24,000 nucleotides of DNA from NCBI RefSeq assembly GCF_014836955.1, contig NZ_JACSPV010000001.1:60765-84764 (forward strand). The letters are read 5' to 3'. This DNA is from Bacillus norwichensis (GTDB lineage Bacteria; Bacillota; Bacilli; Bacillales; Bacillaceae_C). Below the pieces are notes generated by a model. That model saw only the letters and a list, made by a program, of their open reading frames with translations. It was not told the DNA's origin and did not search any database. How positions within the stretch are numbered: position 1 is the stretch's first letter; every line of letters starts with the position of its first letter. Both the position numbers and the translations under genes were made by a program. This document shows positions 19,456 through 24,000 of this stretch, piece after piece.

Positions 19456-20643
19456 TCAGCGAATCATCATCGTAACGTTCCCTGATGTAATGACGATGGT
19501 TACGCAGAGAAAAAACATGAAAGAAACAATCGCTAAGGACGCAAAAACATACATCATACATTTGCCTATTAAGTCTAGACATTTGATAATAGGGCCATCG
19601 CCAACAGGTTGAAGCAACGCACCTGCAAGCTTATAAACTAAAATAATAATCAAGATTTTCACTCCAGGAAAAGCGGCAATCAGCAAAATAATGGCTACTC
19701 CTGCCAGACCAACTGTATTTTTGATCAGTACCGATGCAGTTAATACGGTATCTGCTGCATCCGTGAACATTCTTCCCACAACTGGCACAAAATTGCCAGT
19801 GACATATTTGGCTGTTCTGATTGCAACACCATCTGTCACAGCCGTGGCTGTCCCTTGGATGGAAATAACACCTAAAAGCACGGCCATGAAGACACCAAGA
19901 ATGCCTATACCCGCTTTTTTAAATAAGTTGGACAGCTTTGTCACCTTATAATTTTCACTCAAGGCGCTGACAATCCCCAAAAGCAATGCCATAAATAAAA
20001 GCGGCAATACAACGGTCTGAATAAGGAGACCACTTGTCTGGATCAAAAAGATTAACACAGGATGAAAGAATGCAGCAGATGTGACACCTCCTGCCGAAGC
20101 AATCAAGGCAAGTATGAGCGGAATAAGAGCATAGATAAATTGTGACATCGATTCAATTGCTGTCACCGCATAATCTACTGTGACCCGAAAACTGTTGAGT
20201 GCGATGATAATAAGAACCATGAATACAACCGCATAGGCAACCTTGGAAACAGCTCCTTTCTCAAATGCTGTGTGCAGCGATTGCAGAAAGGAGCTGAAAA
20301 TCGTTAATAGTAATAACGTTCCCAGTAGCTTTCCATTCATGGTCAGCTCCTGAAAAGCAAATGCTCCAATTCCACGAAACCACTCTTTTATGGAAAAAGA
20401 CTTTTCCCCTTTTAAGAATTCAAGAAGTGTTCCCTTCTGACTTTCAGGCAAATATCCCCCATATTCATCCATAATGCCTTCCCAAAACCCTTGGAGCTCT
20501 TCAATTCCCAGCGTTTCAATCTGTTCATCCACCATTTTTGTAATGATATCGTTTGATGGTTCTTCTTCCTGCTCCGCCTGAACTGCAGATGCACCTGCAA
20601 AAAGTACAAAGCAGAATAAGAACAGCTGAATCATGTTCCGCAT
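19456..20643 (-). CDS. spoIIIAE: Stage III sporulation protein AE (polytopic membrane protein)
   Basis: 395 aa. Signal peptide, then blocks near-identical to B. subtilis SpoIIIAE (GKLLGTL.LLTIF, VSKVAY..V.MVLII.ALNSF, GNF.PV.GRMFTDA.DTV). Confidence 0.95.
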   Translation of the reverse strand: MRNMIQLFLFCFVLFAGASAVQAEQEEEPSNDIITKMVDEQIETLGIEELQGFWEGIMDEYGGYLPESQKGTLLEFLKGEKSFSIKEWFRGIGAFAFQELTMNGKLLGTLLLLTIFSSFLQSLHTAFEKGAVSKVAYAVVFMVLIIIALNSFRVTVDYAVTAIESMSQFIYALIPLILALIASAGGVTSAAFFHPVLIFLIQTSGLLIQTVVLPLLFMALLLGIVSALSENYKVTKLSNLFKKAGIGILGVFMAVLLGVISIQGTATAVTDGVAIRTAKYVTGNFVPVVGRMFTDAADTVLTASVLIKNTVGLAGVAIILLIAAFPGVKILIIILVYKLAGALLQPVGDGPIIKCLDLIGKCMMYVFASLAIVSFMFFLCVTIVITSGNVTMMIR

Positions 20644-20673
20644 ATTCTTCCCCTCCGCCTATCACGCACGCTG

Positions 20674-21069
20674 TTATCTGACTGGCATCATATTGATAAT
20701 CGTATCAATCAGAACAGTCAAAATGGGGACAGCCAATGCCAGGATCAGTATTTTCCCTGCTAATTCAACCTTCGCCGCCATGGCCCCCATTCCGGCATCT
20801 TTGCTTATATGCGAGGCAAATTCAGCAATATAGGCAATTCCGATAATTTTTAATATTGTTTTGACATACATCGTATTAATACCGGCATTTGCGGCCAAAA
20901 CTTCAATTGTTGTGATGATTCCATGTATCTGGTCCACCAAAAATAAAAAAATGGCACATCCCGTGAATAAGATTAGCAAAAAAGCAAAAGTCGGTTTCTG
21001 TTCTTTGATGATAAGGGCTAAAAAGGTAGCAATGAGGGCAATGCCCGCTATTTGCAGTATGGCAATCAC
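20674..21069 (-). CDS. spoIIIAD: Stage III sporulation protein AD
   Basis: 131-aa hydrophobic protein. The start MIAILQIAGIALIATFL and the IGIAYI.EFA motif fit SpoIIIAD. Operon order supports the call. Confidence 0.92.
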   Translation of the reverse strand: MIAILQIAGIALIATFLALIIKEQKPTFAFLLILFTGCAIFLFLVDQIHGIITTIEVLAANAGINTMYVKTILKIIGIAYIAEFASHISKDAGMGAMAAKVELAGKILILALAVPILTVLIDTIINMMPVR

Positions 21070-21081
21070 CGTTCCCTCCCA

Positions 21082-21285
21082 TCATTGAAATAAGAAGACC
21101 GATCTTATTTTTTGAAAAAGACCATCTACGATTGTAACAACCATGAACAAAATATAGATAAACCCGAACAGAGTAACCCATTGGGCGTATTCCTTTTTCC
21201 CGACTTGGTCAAGAATTGTATGCAAGAAGGCAACAACGATGCCGACCCCTGCTATTTTGAAAATCACATCCACATCAATGCCCAT
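21082..21285 (-). CDS. spoIIIAC: Stage III sporulation protein AC
   Basis: 67-aa two-TM protein (FKIAGVGIVVAFLHTIL.Q.GK.E.A). GGGAGGAA SD 7 nt upstream of the ATG. Confidence 0.92.
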   Translation of the reverse strand: MGIDVDVIFKIAGVGIVVAFLHTILDQVGKKEYAQWVTLFGFIYILFMVVTIVDGLFQKIRSVFLFQ

Positions 21286-21304
21286 ATCCTATTTCCTCCC
21301 ATCC

Positions 21305-21407
21305 TTAAAGAAAACGCAAGCGGCTTGTGACCTTGAGGGGCTTGGCGCTGGCCGCCTTGAGCCGCCACATTCTGTGGTTTTGGTGGCATCCTGTACATCG
21401 GCTGGCC
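21305..21407. repeat. Short GC-rich member of the dispersed repeat family, inserted between spoIIIAB and spoIIIAC
   Basis: GAAAACGCAAGCG at 21310-21322 matches copy A at 390-403. CATCCTGTACATC at 21387-21399 is the reverse complement (12/13) of 12913-12925. Direct repeat CCTTGAG at 21331-21337 and 21355-21361. Positions 21320-21407 are about 64% G+C by hand count. Confidence 0.45.
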
Positions 21408-21447
21408 AAAGAAACTTCTTTTACATAAAGCAGGTTATCCTTCCTCT

Positions 21448-21963
21448 TCAAAAAAGCAGGATAATAAACAATAGTCCGGATAAAACGCCTAGGCTTTTCA
21501 TAATTTTTTCGTATTTTTTCTGTTTCTCCCTTGCTTCATCCTCTTCCCTGTCGAGATGGGTAACTGCCAGCAGTATTTGTTTTTGTTGCGTATACCGGTC
21601 ATGCCTCCCAAGACTTTCACCAAATTGCATGAGAATTTCATATTCCCCGGATTTCATATCCGTATCTTGCCATATCTCATCAAGGCTTTCCTTCCATGCT
21701 GACTTGACGGTTGCATCTGTTTTGGAAAGTTTTTCAGAAAAAATTTTATATAAGCGTGCGGCTGGTTCGGGCATCTGTGATGATATTTTGTTTGCAGCTT
21801 CTCCAAGCGGGGTATGGCTGTACATGATTTCAGCATCTAATGCTTGCAGAGAGTCTTTAATGATTCGCAGTTGTTTCGGTCTCCGGGTCAAATGGCTGGA
21901 TGCTTCAAACCCTGCCCAAGTTGTTGTTACGACTATCAAAAGAGCGCCAATCAGTTTAAACAT
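21448..21963 (-). CDS. spoIIIAB: Stage III sporulation protein AB
   Basis: 171 aa, the same length as B. subtilis SpoIIIAB. Matching blocks include KL.GA..IVV.TTW.GFE, L..L.AEIMY.HTPL, FGE.LG.HDR..Q.K. Confidence 0.93.
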   Translation of the reverse strand: MFKLIGALLIVVTTTWAGFEASSHLTRRPKQLRIIKDSLQALDAEIMYSHTPLGEAANKISSQMPEPAARLYKIFSEKLSKTDATVKSAWKESLDEIWQDTDMKSGEYEILMQFGESLGRHDRYTQQKQILLAVTHLDREEDEAREKQKKYEKIMKSLGVLSGLLFIILLF

Positions 21964-22870
21964 GGGTATTCACAACTTGTCCGTTTTGATCTTTAATGGA
22001 AATAACAGTCCCCGGGCCATTATCCCGCGATAATTCAATGAATCGCTGAAAAACCTGCTGCTCAATAATTTCCCTCAGCAAAGGTCTTTTGATGATTTCC
22101 TCCAAATCATTTCCATGGGTAGTCATCATTAACGTAATTCCGGCATTAACGGCCTCCATGATAGCTTCCTTATCTTCTCTGCGGCCAATTTCATCGACAA
22201 TCAGCACGTCTGGACTAAGCGCCCTGATCATCATCATCATCCCTTCTGCCTTCGGACAAGCATCAAGCACATCAACTCGCGTTCCGAATTGCAATTGAGG
22301 AATTCCATGTATACAGCCGGCTATTTCAGACCTTTCATCGACAATCCCTGCTTTCATGGGAGAAATTTCTCTTTTGGGATAGCCAGTGGATACAATTCTT
22401 GCAAGATCACGCAACAATGTTGTTTTCCCTGTTTGGGGAGGTCCAATAATCATGGTATGTTTCCATCCCCCCTCATACAAAAATGGGATGAAATGTTCAG
22501 ACGCCCCGATTTTTTCCCGGGCAACCCTTATATTAAAGGAAGCCAAATGCCTCAAGGCTTTTACTCTTCCACCTTCCAATATAACTTTTCCAGCAAGCCC
22601 AATCCGATGCCCGCCCTCAATCGTGATATATCCCCTTCTCAATTCTTCATCCAATGTATAAAATGAGTGGCCGGCCAAATTACTAATCAACTGCTCCGAG
22701 TCATCTCGTGTAAACAAATAAGGCAAGTAGCTTGTCACTTCTCTTGCAGTTACTTCTACTTGCCGGTTGATCCGGAGACGTATCTCTTCTATCCGAGCTT
22801 TCGTTTCTTCAGGCATGGCATCAATTAATTTTGAGATCTCAGTTGGCAGGATGCGAATGATATTTTCCAA
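21956..22870 (-). CDS. spoIIIAA: Stage III sporulation protein AA (AAA+ secretion-type ATPase)
   Basis: Walker A IIGPPQTGKTTLLRDLAR and Walker B LIVDEIGR. Strong match to B. subtilis SpoIIIAA. Start moved from TTG at 22918 to TTG at 22870, 5 nt after GGGAGAGGG. This gives 304 aa (B. subtilis 307) and clears the putative SigE promoter. Confidence 0.94.
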   Translation of the reverse strand: MENIIRILPTEISKLIDAMPEETKARIEEIRLRINRQVEVTAREVTSYLPYLFTRDDSEQLISNLAGHSFYTLDEELRRGYITIEGGHRIGLAGKVILEGGRVKALRHLASFNIRVAREKIGASEHFIPFLYEGGWKHTMIIGPPQTGKTTLLRDLARIVSTGYPKREISPMKAGIVDERSEIAGCIHGIPQLQFGTRVDVLDACPKAEGMMMMIRALSPDVLIVDEIGRREDKEAIMEAVNAGITLMMTTHGNDLEEIIKRPLLREIIEQQVFQRFIELSRDNGPGTVISIKDQNGQVVNTHV

Positions 22871-22903
22871 TGCAACCCTCTCCCAGACTTCTTTTCTACC
22901 TAA

Positions 22904-22931
22904 TATGTATTCGGCCAAGCCTCAATTATGA
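22904..22931 (-). promoter_or_regulatory. Putative SigE-type promoter of the spoIIIA operon
   Basis: Minus strand: TCATAAT (22931-22925; consensus kmATATT), 13-nt spacer, AATACATA (22911-22904; consensus CATACAnT). B. subtilis spoIIIA is SigE-dependent. Confidence 0.4.
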
Positions 22932-22993
22932 CCAGGCTCCCTTGTTGAAGAACAAAAAATTATCACAAAAAAATTGATCGAGCGGACTCCCTG

Positions 22994-23097
22994 TTTAACT
23001 TTATTCAGCAGAAGTCTCCCACTTCTTAAGTGGAGAGATAAATGCCTACTGGGATTCCATTCAGCGAGGGTTCAAACCCAGGCTGAATAAAGTTAAA
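22994..23097. repeat. 104-nt element (E) closed by a perfect 16-bp inverted repeat, with an internal three-way-junction fold
   Basis: TTTAACTTTATTCAGC at 22994-23009 is the exact reverse complement of 23082-23097. Inner hairpin at 23015-23038 (10 bp with one bulge, loop CTT). A second inner stem is GCCT(act)GGG / CCCAGGC. It contains ATTCAGCGAGGG, related to copy A at 456-466. Confidence 0.5.
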
Positions 23098-23236
23098 GCC
23101 TCCGGCGGATACCACAGATTTTCAGAGGAAATGTATCGAGAGAAAGCTCGATAAAATCTGGGCGCAAATACGCCAAGGCGCATTTGATCGTGATATAGTA
23201 GTATTAAGACTGAATGAAAAGCAGGTGCACATATCC

Positions 23237-23761
23237 ATGAGTAAAGAGAAAAGCATTGCGCTGGTAGGGTTTATGGGCGTAGGAAAAACGACAGCAGGTG
23301 AGCTGGCTTCAATAAAACTAAAGTGGGAATTTATAGATACTGATCAGGAGATAGAAAAAGTAGTCGGGCTGCCTACGACGGAAATTTTTAAAAAATATGG
23401 CGAAAAAGCTTTTCGTACATATGAAAAAAAAATGATTGAAGAAAAAACAAAAGAGAAAAAGCAAGTGATATCACTTGGCGGCGGGGCATTTATGAATGAA
23501 GAAACAAGAAAAACATGTCTAGCAAATACTGTTGTCATTTTCCTGGATATTTCTTGGGAAGCATGGAAAAAGCGCTATGATATACTTGTTGAGACCCGTC
23601 CCGTTTTACAAGGGCGCAATTTAAACGAGATAAAGGAATTATATTTAGAACGAAAGCAATTGTATGGACATCATCACTTCTGTATTTTGACAGACAACCT
23701 GTCACCAGACGAAGTCGCAAATAAAATTGTCGAATTATATTCGACACCAATCTCTAGCTAA
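23237..23761 (+). CDS. aroK: Shikimate kinase
   Basis: P-loop GFMGVGKTT, DTD motif, LGGGA motif, and about 174 aa, all typical of AroK. ATG at 23237 lies 9 nt after AGGTG. The track start at 23225 is the GTG inside that SD. Confidence 0.88.
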   Translation: MSKEKSIALVGFMGVGKTTAGELASIKLKWEFIDTDQEIEKVVGLPTTEIFKKYGEKAFRTYEKKMIEEKTKEKKQVISLGGGAFMNEETRKTCLANTVVIFLDISWEAWKKRYDILVETRPVLQGRNLNEIKELYLERKQLYGHHHFCILTDNLSPDEVANKIVELYSTPISS

Positions 23762-23776
23762 AACTAGGGTGTCCAC

Positions 23777-23813
23777 AAATAGCCTCAGGTGAAAACTCAC
23801 CTGAGGCTATTTT
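23777..23813. terminator. Bidirectional terminator between convergent aroK and aroD
   Basis: Perfect 15-bp stem AAATAGCCTCAGGTG / CACCTGAGGCTATTT with a 6-nt loop. The A/T runs at the stem base serve both strands. Confidence 0.8.
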
Positions 23814-23823
23814 GGATCCCCTT

Positions 23824-24000
23824 CTATTCCTTCACTACTTCTTCCTTCATCATGGCAATCATTTGTTTAAGCTTCCTGACCGGAATCTGTCCAGGTGCTG
23901 AAGCCTCCAGACCTGAGCCAAATGTAAGAATGGAGCCATAGGCCCAGCCAATCATTCTACTAATAGCCCCAAGGCTTCCCATCGACATCGTAATCAAAGG
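23824..24000 (-). CDS. aroD: Type I 3-dehydroquinate dehydratase, C-terminal fragment (5' end lies beyond the window)
   Basis: Not in the ORF track because it is under 60 aa. My translation is PLITMSMGSLGAISRMIGWAYGSILTFGSGLEASAPGQIPVRKLKQMIAMMKEEVVKE*. It contains the AroD signature blocks TMSMG..G..SR and FGS..TF......SAPGQI. Confidence 0.8.
   Translation of the reverse strand, partial: PLITMSMGSLGAISRMIGWAYGSILTFGSGLEASAPGQIPVRKLKQMIAMMKEEVVKE

Noticed and set aside
21239-22033. 264-aa plus-strand ORF, the longest unexplained ORF in the track
   Set aside because: It is entirely antisense to spoIIIAB/spoIIIAA and to the GC-rich insert. It has no SD, a low-complexity Ser/Cys/Leu-rich translation and no recognisable domain. 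The opposite strand encodes proteins with strong homology.
23066-23080. tRNA T-arm-like GAGGGTTCAAACCCAG
   Set aside because: Only a 3-bp GGG/CCC stem with a TTCAAA loop is present. No acceptor, D or anticodon arms can be drawn around it, and it lies inside the inverted-repeat element.
23095-23125. T-box-like sequence on the minus strand (TGTGGTATCCGCCGGAGG versus consensus GGGTGGTACCGCG)
   Set aside because: It matches only with indels. There is no recognisable Stem I/specifier, AGAGA plus distal-loop architecture or terminator/antiterminator pair. Its orientation would make it regulate spoIIIAA, which makes no biological sense.

Overview
This window looks like a chromosomal core region of a spore-forming Bacillaceae genome. 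It is almost fully collinear with the B. subtilis spo0A to spoIIIA region, and nearly every gene is on the minus strand. In window order the genes are: a small DUF2627-like membrane protein (+), glycerophosphodiester phosphodiesterase, spo0A, spoIVB, recN, argR/ahrC, tlyA-family methyltransferase, dxs, a 4-TM protein, ispA, xseB, xseA, folD, nusB, an Asp23-family protein, accC, accB, spoIIIAH-AG-AF-AE-AD-AC-AB-AA, then aroK (+) and the 3' end of aroD (-). I saw no tRNA, rRNA, CRISPR array, transposase or phage gene. The coding part is ordinary. The interest lies in the intergenic DNA. (1) A 682-nt non-coding gap between ispA and a 204-aa 4-TM ORF upstream of dxs has the published genomic context, size and hairpin density of OLE RNA plus its partner OapA, and it carries its own near-consensus extended -10 promoter. 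(2) At least five further intergenic inserts are absent from the equivalent B. subtilis junctions: after the DUF2627 gene, between folD and xseA, between accB and spoIIIAH, inside the spoIIIA operon between spoIIIAB and spoIIIAC, and upstream of spoIIIAA/aroK. They are visibly GC-richer than their surroundings and share collinear short motifs (GACGTACAGG, GCGACAGG, GATGCCTGT, ATTCAGCGNGGG, GAAAA(G)CGCAAGCG). They fold into long imperfect hairpins, so they look like an unclassified dispersed structured repeat or small-RNA family. All of this comes from reading the sequence by eye and from remembered homologues. No covariance-model or BLAST search was possible. Several ORF-track starts were moved to downstream TTG/ATG codons that have proper Shine-Dalgarno spacing and match B. 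subtilis protein lengths.
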